Source: Bugula neritina
Taxonomy: Eukaryota > Animalia > Bryozoa
Direction: 5' to 3'
DNA: 64,000 bases
NCBI GenBank assembly: GCA_964035545.1
Contig: OZ037770.1
Coordinates: 1,178,001-1,242,000, forward strand
In this document: piece after piece, positions 42,011 to 54,851 of the stretch
Numbering within the stretch: the stretch's first letter is position 1
Layout of the letters: the number at the start of each line of letters is the position of its first letter
Made by a program: the position numbers and the translations under genes
Notes under the pieces: generated by a model
Seen by the model: the letters and a program-made list of their open reading frames with translations, nothing else
Database searches by the model: none
Told to the model about the DNA's origin: nothing

Positions 42011-45000
42011 TTAATTGTCAGGGTCAAGTAAACTAGAATCCATTAAAAGTGGTAAACAATCTGAACTCAGAATCTCATCTAACGTCTCTGACAATTCTGG
42101 TCCCAATTCTAGCGCGGACTCTAGTTCCAACTCTGGTATAGAGTCTAGTCCTACTTCTGGTTCGGACTCTAGTGCCAACTGTGGTCCGGACTCTAGGGCC
42201 AACTGTGGTCTGGACTCTAGTGCCAACTGTGATCCGGACTCTAGTTCCAACTCTGGTATAGACTCTAGTCCTATTTGGGGTCCGGACTCTAGTGCAAATT
42301 GTGGTCCGGACTCGAGTGCAAATTGTGGTCCGGACTCTAGTGCAAATTGTGGTCCGGACTCTAGTGCAAATTGTGGTCCGGACTCTAGTGCCAATTGTGG
42401 TCCGGACTCTACTGCAAATTGTGGTCCGGACTCTACTGCAAATTGTGGTTCAGACCCTAGTCCTATCTGTGTTCCGGATTCTAGTGCCATTTGTGTTCCG
42501 GATTCTAGTGCCATTTGCAGTTTAGATTCTAGTGCCATTTGTAGTCCGGACACTAGTCCCATTTGTGGTTCGGACTCTAGTGCCAATTGGGGCCTGGATT
42601 CTGCTTCTAAGTCTGGTATGACTACTGTAATCACATTTTTCTGAGATTTTACAGGCGATTTTGCTCCAGATTTTACTGGCGATTTTGCTCCTGGTTTTAC
42701 TGGCGATTTCGCTCCTGGTTTTACTGGTGATTTTGCTCCAGCTCTTAGTGGTGATCTTCTTCCAGACCTACGTCCTGGTGGTGATGCCAATATCGATCGC
42801 AATAGTGGTGACGGTGACTTTGATTGAGAAGGCGAAGAGAGTGATGACATGTTACCTTCCTTTACATAAAACAGCAAATTATACATGTTTGAATAAATGG
42901 AGCTCGGTGCTTATATCTAGGAGAAATTTACAACAGTCAGATTGGAGCAAATGGCAATATATACTTACAGCAAATGGCAATATACTTACAGCAAATGGCT
43001 ATATACTTCAGCAAATAGCAATATACTTACAGCCAATGGCCTCTCTATTGCGGAGTTGTCCATCCTTCTCATTTCTACATCTTGATTTGAAACAAGAGCT
43101 GGAAGATTAATAACCCATCTCTAAAATCGTATTACATTTTATATAAGCCAATGTTACTCATAGTGTAACTTGATAGTGTTAATATGACCCATAGCACTTC
43201 TTGTGATGCAATGGGTAGAAAAACAATTTAGGTAAAAATAGCACAGGTAAAACTAGCACAGGTAAAACTGACAAACGGATTTTTAAATTTGTGCTATTGT
43301 CTAAAATCAGGGCTATTCTTACTTGCGCCATTCTTACCTGCGCCATTCTTACCTGCGCCATTCTTACCTGCGCCATTCTTACCTGCGCCATTCTTACCTG
43401 CGCCATTCTTACCTGCGCCATTCTTACCTGCGCCATTCTTACCTGCGCCATTGTTATCGGACACACCTACAAGCCAGAGGGTTCAAATCCAATGCATGGG
43501 GGGGAAGAGATTTATATAATTTTGAAAATAATTGCCCCTACTGGGAATCGAACCCTCGACTTCCTGCTTGCAAGCAAGTGTGCCAACCATTACACCACAG
43601 AGACCACTGGGTAAACTCATCACTACAAATTGTATTTCACAACTAGCCATTACCCAATTGTCATATTGAGGAGAAGAATCAGCCAATTGGTCTATCTTTA
43701 TCAACAGATGTTGAAATATTGTGTAGAGCTGAGGTGAGGAATGTCTCCTTCCACAGTAGCAGATAATTTGCCTTGCAAGATCTAAAATCTGCAGACAATC
43801 AAAAAGCTACAAAACTTATTGAAAGAATTTCTACAAATGATCCTTGTATAGGAAAGAAGCATTCAATTATGTCAAGGCAACTTAGAGTGTCCGATAATAA
43901 ATGAGTACAATTAACTCAACAGTTTAAGTAAATAAAAATTTAGATAAAATTTTATTGTCAATTTTTAAAGCTATATTTATATTACCATTATAATATTATT
44001 TTATGATCATGTAATACATATAATTGTTATATGTTTTACCTCTATAGTAAAATAATATATGGTTTTGCAAAACATAAATTCTAAAAATGGTTTTTTTCAA
44101 TTTTACATTTGATTTTGAATAAATATTTTTTAAAAAAAGATAAAAACATGTCTTTAGATAACTTTACTCTACCTGAATGAAGCTGTAAGGATTGGGTGTT
44201 ATGTTGTAACGGATATAATTATATATACAATGTTGTGAATCCACTAGTTCTATCAACTCTTGCAAGGAAAGCTCTTTTGTTACATCCAAATTTAGTTTAA
44301 CTGGTAGCCGATATACTGCAAGGAAAACAAATTTAACATGAGCAGTGTACGTGCAGGATTAACAGCAGATATGGAGAGAAACTTTTGCTTTCTTTTTATC
44401 AGGGGAGTAATTGGAGTAATTGTAATTTGTAATTGCAATTGATTGTAATTGATTACAATCTTTCAAGTAATTGAATGTAATTTGTAATTGATTTATAAAA
44501 TGTAATTGAATAATTATAATTTATTACATTGCTAATGTAATTGAATTTTGCAATTACTTTATAATTACATAACAATTACTTCAAATTTTAAAATCTTATA
44601 TAAAATTTACATTTTTCCTGCCACACCTATTGTTTAATAAAAAGCTCAGATAAATTTAATGTCGTGTTTATCACCCTATTCGTTACTCATGTTGGACCCC
44701 AAAAGTGCATGAGATTATATATAACTTTTATTTGTCTTTTGTAATTGACCCCAACCCTGCTTTTTATATACAAAGAATATAAATCTATGGTAGTTATCAG
44801 TAATCTTCACATTTAATTGTCAATGATTTTGTTGTGTGGAGTCCCGAAGCTACTGTAGCGTAACTGGTTAGCGCGCCTGCTTGCAAGCCTGAGGTCTGTG
44901 GTTCGTATCCCGGTGGGGGCAATTATTTTACATATTTTAAAGGGAATTTCAAAGTTATTTGATAACCAAAAGATGGCCTTATTCTTGCAAAACAAAACCA

Positions 45001-45895
45001 CTTCTAAGTTGAGATAAATTTGAAGAGTCTGCATGAAAGTATAGAGTTATATAGCCTATATATAAGTTATAAATATCAGATAAGTAGACATGCATGTATA
45101 TGATTATACTATGACCTTTTGACCCTTAGACCTGGTTTAAATACATCTATAGTTGTTTTCTCTACAAAAATTATAGACTCGCTCAATATTAAAATTCACT
45201 AAGTAAAAAATAATAGCCCAACTGGGATTCGAACCCAAGACCCCTGGCAAACAAATTGCTCACCAGTACACCACGGTAACCTCTGGGTAAACACAACACT
45301 ACACAGAGTTATAACAATTAATGCTTACAGTGCTGTTCAATAGTCACAGTGTATGGTTGAAGAGCCACCATCTTTTCATCTGTATATTGGAGTATTTCCT
45401 GCATCTCACTCACAGAACAAGGTCTGGGAGGGTAACTCTCAATCTCTCGTCTCAACCTGAAAAAACAAAACTTCTATTTCAAAACTAAATTAAAATCAAA
45501 TAAAATTGAAATCATATCAAGTACATTAGTGGTAAGTTCAGTAGGAAATACAACAGTACAATATTGAGCTCAAGTTGCTTAGTTTAGAGTGCAGTAAAAG
45601 AGGAAATACAATTTTTAGTTGAATTCAATATGGAGGAATAAAAAGCATGAGTTCTTTATCTCACAAGTTACAACAAAGCAAAATAGTCTTTAGGTGATCA
45701 ATTGCTTACATAACAGTTATAAGCAACTATAAGTGTTCGTTTCAAATCAAATGAAATAAAAAAGTAATGCCAATGCATATAAAAGTAATAAGCAGGTAAG
45801 TGTGTATAAGATAATCTAATTTAATTAAAGCAGTCACATGACCTCTCATAGATGAACGATCCAAACACATCAAAACTAGAAGGAACCCGTTGCAT
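42011..45895 (-). CDS. Uncharacterised ~465-aa protein: N-terminal non-repetitive region, GAKSPVKP repeats, acidic ESGPQ(F/L/M)AL repeats
   Basis: Exons 45895-45843, 45456-45329, 44315-44173, 43788-43654, 43120-43031, 42859-42011 join in one frame through GT-AG junctions (MQRVPSSFDVFGSFIYERLRREIESYPPRPCS...). The last acceptor (AAG) is least certain. No family recognised. Confidence 0.65.
42947..43040 (-). repeat. ~21-bp tandem repeat spanning a donor site of the uncharacterised gene
   Basis: Sense unit gccatt(g/t)gct|GTAAGTatatt, about 4.5 copies. Confidence 0.85.
43213..43470. mobile_element. Foldback/MITE-like element with inverted arrays of a 15-bp unit
   Basis: Plus-strand (aa(a/c)tagcacaggtaa) x2-3 at 43230-43270 faces minus-strand (aatggcgcaggtaag) x9 at 43312-43452. 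Confidence 0.55.
43524..43626 (-). mobile_element. Short tRNA-derived repeat, family B
   Basis: Homologous to the 40028 copy; anticodon-like arm cttgc-ttgcaa-gcagg has a 6-nt loop. Confidence 0.75.
44400..44759. mobile_element. Non-autonomous hAT-type DNA transposon (MITE) with internal GTAATT repeats
   Basis: Ends caggg...ccctg, flanked by an exact 8-bp duplication (c-ttttt-at at 44392-44399 and 44760-44767). Subterminal gtaatt/aattac arrays. Confidence 0.8.
44849..44930 (+). mobile_element. Short tRNA-derived repeat, family B
   Basis: gctactgtagcgtaactggttagcgcgcctgcttgcaagcctgaggtctgtggttcgtatcccggtgggggcaattatttt; T and acceptor stems are broken. Confidence 0.7.
45205..45302 (-). mobile_element. 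Short tRNA-derived repeat, family B (degenerate)
   Basis: B-box complement gggattcgaaccc and the shared 5' flank gggtaaac...cactac. Confidence 0.65.
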
Positions 45896-48331
45896 GTTAA
45901 AGCTGAGTTTTCTTGACACCAGTCAGTTTCAAAATAGTATTTCCTAATAAAACTTAGCAATTTAGTGTAAAAATGAATTAAAATAGTGAAGTCAAACTTC
46001 TCAAGTGAAATCTAGCGTAATTTTCTGAGTCATATATAAACAAGAGTTTGCTAAAAGCTAAAAAAGCTTCAATGCTTTTAAAGCTATAGTTTAGCTTTTT
46101 TTAACTTCATGACAGTTTGAATTTATGTGCAGCTGTAAAAAGCTGTATATAGTTTGAGCAGGGCTTTTGTTATTTGTTTCTTTTTAAAAGCTTTAATAGA
46201 CCAAAAAGTGTTTCATAAAATGCAATGATTATTATATTATAAGGCTGGTGATAATATAATGGTACAGTAATAGTAGTATATCATATCTTTTTGACAAATA
46301 CAGCCTCTATATATAAAATTGAGTTCTTTTCGAGTTAATATTTTGTATAAGAAGCATATGTTTACCAAAGGGGCATATTCTGCTAAGTGAGATATAGTAG
46401 CTTTTCTTCAGAGCTTTCTGTGTTGTATATCATAAAGTACATTATTTCTACCAAATAATATAATACATTATTATGATGTAGTGCAAGCAAACGAATACCA
46501 TCCAAAGATGTAATGTTTGAGGCCCCTATATCCCTGCAATATAAGCCTTTTAACTACAGAGCTAAAAGATTTCAGCATGTCAGCTTGTATAATGTGTTGT
46601 GTGGTGTTGTTTTAATGTTCACCAGGTTTTTTTCTGTTGAACATATTTTAGTAATTTTCAACTTTTAAGAACGCTTTTACTACGTATTATATAGTATTTT
46701 ATTTATTTTATCTACACATACTTTACCTTGCATCTATAATATATATTTTTAAAAAGTATAATTTAAAGTTATGTGCTTTTTGAAGCAATATTGAGTAAAG
46801 AGGGAATATTTTAACATTAATTTACTGACATGGTATCACTAGCTACGTAGCTTCTTTTTTGTGACTCATAAAGAGCAATATTTGATTTTTTTCAACTTCA
46901 ACTCTATTGAACTCCATTTTTTAGCTTCAAATTCTGATTTTTAACCTTTGCACACTTATTATATTATATATTATCTGCTTAAATCTAATGCTATAAGTCT
47001 ACAAAAAATTAAGTAATTCCAGCATACTTTGAGAGCTAGAAAATGCTATATAGAAATTAAATTGGTAGAGCAAACGGGTAATGTAGACTACATAAAATCT
47101 AAAATGTTTATTAATTATGTAATTCAGTTGTTTCTAAGAACATTCTAGAATTATGCATTATTTACTGGACTACACACGACTGGCTTGTATGCACAACAAA
47201 ATGAGGCTTCAAAGCTATTCGCTATAAAATCACCAATTATTTTACTAAATCTCCCGTAACAATTTTCAAAATATTAATGCTATATTTAATATTAAACTGA
47301 TGCAAGGTACTTCAAATTTCAGTAACTAATACATTTATAAACCATAAAAGCTTATTTCAGAAATTAATTCACTATAAATATATTCATTGGATTTTTTAGA
47401 AGCTATTTACTTTGGAGTTGTCCTTCCTCTAGAATCATCCATCAGCTTGTACTATAAATTATACACATGTTATATGGAATATATAGTTGTAAAACTGGAT
47501 GTTTAATATGATGTAAGTTGTAGACTAGATTCTGTCTCCCATTTGGTATAAATATTAAACAATGATAGATGATCGTCAAAACATTTGATTCTCCAGTTAC
47601 ATGGAAATTGTGGGCTTGTTAAAAGCTGCCCTGGCTTGATGAGAAGACGACAAGAAATACTGACTGATGATGCATAACTTATCCAACAAATTTGCTTCTT
47701 TTATCATATCTATTCTAAATATTCTTAATACATATTATTACATGTCAAATTTATTCCTAAAAATGTGCTAGATCTTTTGATAAATTGCATGCTAAAAATA
47801 GGCCGATAGTCCAATACAAAATATAAATGGTAGTAAAACTGAAAATCTGCATAACTTACAATATAGTAAAGTTACAAATCTTAAAAAAAGGTCACATCTT
47901 TGTAATTTTTGTATAAATTGCCTTATAATAAATGCAAATATGAAAGCAAATATGCTGGTGATCATTTTTATTCCACATGCAGCTAATTCTGCCGTTATAC
48001 AGGAAATAACAGGTAGGTCTCTATATTTCCTATATCCAGAAATGAGTCATGCAAAATGTGCAGTCACCATTTATTAGAATCACTTACGGAAAAGCTTTAT
48101 GCTGCTACAAATCAAAGCTTTTAAAAAAAGCTTTAGATAAAAAAAATTAACAAGGAGTAAAAAATTATATATATAAATTTTTAAAATTAACTTCTTCAAA
48201 AGGAATTTCACCACATGTGTATCTTCTTATTTTATCAATAAAATGAAACACTTAGAATAGCTTAGCATTTTATCACAGGTTGGGGTGCTCAACAAAAAAA
48301 ACATTTACTTTTACACTTAAATACTCTATGA

Positions 48332-48684
48332 CAGGGGTGTTCAATCTTTTCACAGCGAGGGTCACTGAAATAAACAATTTCATGGCCAGGGCCACATTGT
48401 AAACTCTAGCTTGTGGGGAGGGGGTGGGGGAGGGGGTGGGGGAGGGGAGGTAAGAGGGGCGTAGCATCAGCATTTTTTCAAATAATTTTGTTAGAAAATA
48501 CTTATGAATCATTAAAGTACGTCCCAATAGTTGGTGCAGGCTGCATTTTTATAGCATGTATATAAATAAAACATAGAGAAAATTTTTCACTCGAATTCAT
48601 TTAAAATGTGAAAAATTATTTTAGTTTAACGCCTTTGAAGGCCACATCCGGCCCTGGGGCAGCCTGTTGAACAGCCCTGCCCTG
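48332..48684. mobile_element. Non-autonomous hAT (Charlie-like) MITE
   Basis: TIRs caggggtgttcaa / ttgaacagccctg, subterminal ggccacatccggccc, 8-bp TSD ctctatga/ctctataa (7 of 8 match), and a 5-bp ccctg duplication at the right end. Confidence 0.8.
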
Positions 48685-51673
48685 CTCTATAAGAAGCAGA
48701 ATGCTGTTTTCAAAACATGAAATATCTTTTGCTGTTTAAGCTGTATAAGCAGACGTACCCCCAGGGCCAATGTCTGCAATTAACAAAGCATTGTGGGATA
48801 CAGATTAGTAATATAGAATTAAGTTTGTTAAGTGGTTTGCAGGCTGTGTGACTTTGATCTTATAGCAACCATATGTTACATAACAAGCTTCCCTATTACA
48901 AGAACATTTCATGAAATAAATAGATTTGCTCTAGCCAAGGGGGGAATGAAACTGAAAAGGGAAAATTACAGAGCTTGTAATGAATTTCTCCCGTTTAAGG
49001 TTTTGAAATATCGAAATTAGATGACTTAAATATAGTTTAATTATACACAAGTAAAATAGTTCAGGAAATTGACTGTAGAAACTAAAAACATATTCTAGAA
49101 TATTTCCAGCCAGTTGGCATGCTGCCATATTGTCTGAGAGTCAGCAGAGAATGAGAAATACTACTTTTAGAAATTTTTGTCTTTAATAAAATCCAAATTA
49201 AAATCAATTTGCTGCGATATTATATTATACTGCTATTCTAACAAATATAAATTATTATATTACATATAATATGCAATTATATTACTATATTTTAGTGCTG
49301 CCAATATATATTGTTGCATATTATTATAATATTAAGCAAAGTTGAGATTATACTTTAATACTCTTTGAATTATTTTAATTCCTGAAGGTTTGTATGTATT
49401 TTAGAAAAGCTAGTCCCAGTTGCATATAATCCACATAACTTGATACAATGTTTGAATTTTGACTCCGTTTAAACTTCTGCACAGCTGCTCTGTGTTTGAC
49501 AGCAACAGTCTGTGTATTTCACTCAAATAGACTTTGTTTCTCTTAGTCAAACATAAATAAAACAATTCAAATAGAGTTATATTATTACTGAGATTTCTTA
49601 GTGAACATACAGTTTGATAATTTATCTAACCTTATTTTTTGAATTTAGCTTTCTTTCTTAGAATCTTCAAGGCTCAAGCTATTATAAAAGACTATATGTG
49701 TGTGCGTGTGTGCGTGTAACAAAGAATAAGTATGCATCTAAAGTCTTCAAGTACTGCATTTCCACAGGTTGGTACTTTAACTTGCATTAAACTTTCCTTT
49801 TCATTAACAAATATTACTAAATATTATTACAAAATAGAAAATATAAATAGAATCTTCCACAGAATACAGAAAAAATATTTTATTTAGCTAAAACTTGATC
49901 TGTAAATATTGATCTCTAAACAGTAACTAATTCTTTCACACCTGTACTTAGCAATCCTGTTTGGTGACAACATGTTGCTATATAAATATTGTAGCCATTA
50001 GGAACTATTCCAGTTAGCATTTCACCTGTTATTGTGATAATATGTAAACGCTTGTAATAATAGTCTAAAAGGATGTTTTATTACCAGTGTAAATACAGTT
50101 GGGTATTTACAGTTTTAACTGCATGTATGTGTAGCCATAGTAAGTGTATGGCGTGATGCAAGTTTAAATGTCCTTAGCTTCCAAGTCAGTAATTCTACTA
50201 TAATGTTATATGTGCAACACAAATTTAACTTTCAAATATTCAAATATATATAATTATTTATTTACTTTTTTTCAAAAGTTTGAGTTTTGATTTTAGAATC
50301 GTCATAGTGCAGTCTTTTAGTAGAGAAAATTGTGAAGAAGTTGTGTCCTCGTGAAAATTAAAGATGCTATGGTGTCTCAAACCGCTATAGCTTTACAACT
50401 TCAACACCATCAAATCAGTTTACTTACACAAAGTAGCGTCAGAAGAATGCATTAAAGCCTCAGTTCATTTTAGAATTACTACGAGGTACACCACCACCAC
50501 TCCAACCAGTATTTGTAACTAAAAACAATGTTGAATGTCAACTTTTCCTGGTCAATCTTACTCAAATTGAAAACATAATCCTTCTAAGTACGAATAATCT
50601 AGGGTATTTATTTCTGAAATTGGCCGTAGTATTTCAAATCCTAATTTATGAATAATAATTATAATCGGCTGAAAGATGGTTGAACTGGAGGGTATGCATT
50701 AATTTACTAATATTCAATTTCATATTCAGTTATATCCACCCCTTCATACAAAGGTTGTCACATGTATTTCATTGTGAGCTTTGTGGTTATATGAATACTA
50801 TTAGCATAATAATTTATACACTGTTCTTTTGTTGATGCTGAAACTTTGTACAGTCTAACAAAAAAAGAACTCATATCTATTTATTTTTTCAATATTAATT
50901 TTTACTGAATAAAAAATATAATCAATTAATCTTTTTTCACATCCATAAATTGCAAGAAAAAAAATTTGTGAAAGTTGCAGTAAAATGTATTTAAGGAAAA
51001 TTCAATGCTAAGACTCACAATCTTACTAAAGACAAGAAAACAAAAGCAGACATATTTAATTGCATGAGTCATTGAAGGAGGTGGGTACTTGAAAAGTGTT
51101 GTTTTTCTGGAAGAACATCACAATAAAGCTTTCTTCATTTGTGAAAACAAACATCTAATATTGACCTAGTTGCCATGGTGATTGCTAGTTCAAGAGCAGC
51201 ACTGGTATGGTGATTCACATTATACGACACACTTGTGGCATTCAGGTGCAGGTTCCCCCTCTTATAACCAAGTGTCAAATTTTGACACCAGAATGCAAGT
51301 GTTGAATATGTTGAGATTGACAAGGCTGAGTGAACACATTCAGATTATTTATCTATGAATCTTGCAGGCAATTCATATACAGTAATTATTATATTACATC
51401 TTTGGCATAAACATTTATAACAATGCATATACAAGGTTATGCAGAAAAATACAAATTTGTATAACAGAAGTATTTGATATGGAGTACAAAAATAAATTTC
51501 AATATGGACAAAAATTGAGTTAAAACAGCGAAATAATTTTAGTACTAGCTCACAAGAAATGTGTAGAATTCACTACTGAACCAAATGTTAACAGACTAGA
51601 ATTAAAATTAGAATGATTTCACTGTTCTAGTTGACACAAAAATAAAAAGATTTACGCACAGGAAACAAGATGG

Positions 51674-54600
51674 CTACACGTGGTACTCCTCTGGGTGTTG
51701 AAGTGATTGCGAAGAGTTAGGAGAATGAAAATATCTGTGACTATGTGATTGAGATCTAACTTTACTAGTTCTACTAGTACTACTAGTCCTTCCACAGCTA
51801 TGACTCATCGTCAACTGCTTGTTCGGATGAGTCATCACTGGTGTGTAATGTCTGCTGCTATTATTGTTGTTGCTGTTTTTGGAGAGTTGGTAAGTCTTAT
51901 TTCTAGTAGAGTTTTTAGAGCACATACAGGAGATGCTCGTCCACGTGTCCAAACTGTTACAGCTGAGTACGCAAAGAGCACTGGTTATACCTGGTAGAAG
52001 TGCAGAAGCTATTTTTAGTGAGTATATTTCTACGCTAGCCGTAGCATGTGAAGATGTGTACCAAGAAGGGTAGTTGGCGTATTCGTAGAAGTTGCAGGCA
52101 ATATGACAGGTCATGGCTACGGTATACAGCAGACCGAAGATACCTACTCGAACCATTAGTACCTCAATCCTCTCGTCATTTTTACCACTGTTCTTTTTCT
52201 GGTGCAGGAACAGCACTACGTACCCAGCAACTAGCAGCGTAACGCCAAGAAGTAGATAGACAGTAAACGGAGCAATAACAAAGCCTAGGATACTGGAGGA
52301 ATTACTGCTGCCAACATAGCAGAGTCCCGTCAGCTCCTCACTGTACACATTCCGTAGAACTATGATTATTATACTTTTAACTGCTGGTATTCCCCAGGCG
52401 ACGAGGTGGAAGTAGGAGGTGTAGAGGTCTATGGCATCGTGGCTCCACTTGAGTCCGGCAGTCAGTAGCCACGTGACACTCAGTATGATCCACCATAAGG
52501 CAGCAGCGCTGTTAAAGTAGTACAGAAGGAGAAAGACAGCTGCGCAGTTGGTGTTATCCAAACCCTGAGTCATGGTACCATCTGAGTCACAAGTGACACT
52601 CTCTCTGCCAGCTATCAGTCTGATGAGGTAACCCACAGAGTACATGGCGTAGCAGAGGGAGAGGAATATTATGGGGCGAATAGGATAGTGGAACTTTGAT
52701 GTGTCGATCAGAAATGTAGCAACTGTTAGGATACTGAGAAGGAGAGAGAATGATGTCCAGACAGCTATCCAGATCTCAGCGTACTGCTTTTGCCTACAGA
52801 ACCAGTAAATCTAAGTTAGTGGACCAATCACTATAGTTAAAAGATAGTTGTATAGTTGCAAGATAACTAGCAAGATAAAGATAACAAAAAACTAGTAGAT
52901 TACAAAGTATGTTTGTCATAGGAAATTCTGGAACAGCTTACACAAGCTTATTCTGACAGCAACTAGAACCAAAACCCAATACTATTGGCACACTTATTTT
53001 ATGCAGCTGGACAAGGACTGGACCAGTTGACTCTCCAAATATTGTCTGTCAGAAAGAGCCAAGACAGCAAAGTAATAGATTTGTTCAGTTGAACATATTT
53101 TCATTTATGAATAACTGACAAAAAATGAAAATTAGATGTCCAAATGATTAGCTCTCATATTGACCTGTTTGTAAATTGGTCTTAGATTGAGCCACAGCTA
53201 ATAGCATGCATAATAAAAATATCATCTCCAGCCAACTCCACTAATTAATTATGACACTTCTGAATTCAAAACAGATTAGCTTTACGGGGCTGTCAGCATT
53301 CTACTTCTGACAGGTAGCACTTTCAAAGCAGACGTCCCTCCAGAGTTCCCCAACAGAAAATAAAACTGGCAAGTTCTGTTACTGACTATTGAAACCAACA
53401 CCTGGTAATGTGTTCTAGCTCGTTATGTAATACTTACTCTCTGGTGAAGAGGATATCCACATTACATCTGGGGTGACAGGTTCCTGTGGTGTTGACATAG
53501 ACGTAGGCTGAAGGCTTCCTGAACCAGAAACACTGCTGGTTGGGTGCTAAGGTTACCGTCTGGGTTAGTCTTTTCTGTGATCTAGTTGTCTGGTCAAACC
53601 CTCCATCCTGGTCACTGTCCTCTTCCTGGGGGAACTCCATACACATGCTCTCTTCGGTGTTGGAGGCAGGAAAGACAGAGCAGTTGAGAGCCGCTGGCCA
53701 TGGGTGGCCATACGTTTTCAAATAGGGTTCGCAACGATTCTAAAAACAATCAAACATTCTAGAAACTCAAGTTTATAACCTTTGAACCCTGATGGAAATG
53801 CTTCTTTTCTAATGTGGGCTACAGACTTATTGATAACCAGTGCAGGAGAAACTAAGTCTAGATGCTCCTCCTAACATCACCAATGTGGCCATTACTGGAG
53901 ATTAAATCCATGACCTAGAGTTTACTAAGCGCAAGTCATGGGTTCTACTCCCTTAATCAAACAGGTTCTGGTTACCTTTAAAAGACTAACTCAAACCTGG
54001 TCAACACACAATTTAAATCAAATAATAAAACTACTTATTTGTACAAAACAAAATGATTTGTGCTATGTTTCAACTTTTATATCTAACAAGAAAATATCTG
54101 AACACTATTAAGGAGGCATAGATGTGTTAGGGTCAGTTTTTAACAGGCAGAATCTTCTCAAGTTATGATCTATTTTGTTTACATCAACTTTCAGCATCTC
54201 CGTCTGACACTTAGGATTGAAGCTGCCAGGGTCGGATCTAGAAAATTAAGACCCCACTACATTTTTATAATTACTCAGTGCAGTGGATATAGGTAACGGA
54301 ATAGTTTTTGTATAGAGCTTAGTAAACGCTGCAAAATCAAAAAAATATGTTGAAATAGTCAAAACCTCATTACAAGCAAATGAGTGCCTGTTTAATATAA
54401 TCACTGCATTTTATTCAGCAACGATATCTAAACTAGTATCCCCTAGTAAACATCAAATTTATCCACCACTGCATACTAATGAGCTCCTAATCATAACAAA
54501 TGTGTGCTGAGAGGGAAAATATTTATAATGTCAGGCTGCAGGGGTTGGCTTGCATTGATTAGTGTCAAATTTAACATTCTTATGAAAATTAATCCAGAAC

Positions 54601-54764
54601 TCTGAAACTGTTGCTTTAGTATCTGTTTTCTCACCAAAATTACATGCTTCAGCTAGCTAGTGGAAATACTATTTTTAGTAAATAATAATCTAGCAGATTA
54701 AATGTTGCTTAAAGTTATTTATCATATCTGCTCTGAGTTTCTCATGTGTAACCAGGATTAGAAA

Positions 54765-54851
<87 letters not shown>

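Noticed and set aside
42015-42644. 209-aa plus-strand ORF (SSANCGPD repeats)
   Set aside because: Antisense shadow of the 24-bp coding repeat; the minus frame is the one connected to spliced upstream exons.
44849-44930. Functional tRNA-Ala(TGC) genes here and at 40028 and 43524
   Set aside because: Acceptor and T stems do not pair, the anticodon arm is irregular, and the copies are mutually diverged; treated as tRNA-derived repeats.
49942-50518. Exon-like AG...GT segments on the minus strand (49942-50025 open; ~50430-50518 with stops)
   Set aside because: Could not be chained into a reading frame or recognised; needs RNA evidence.
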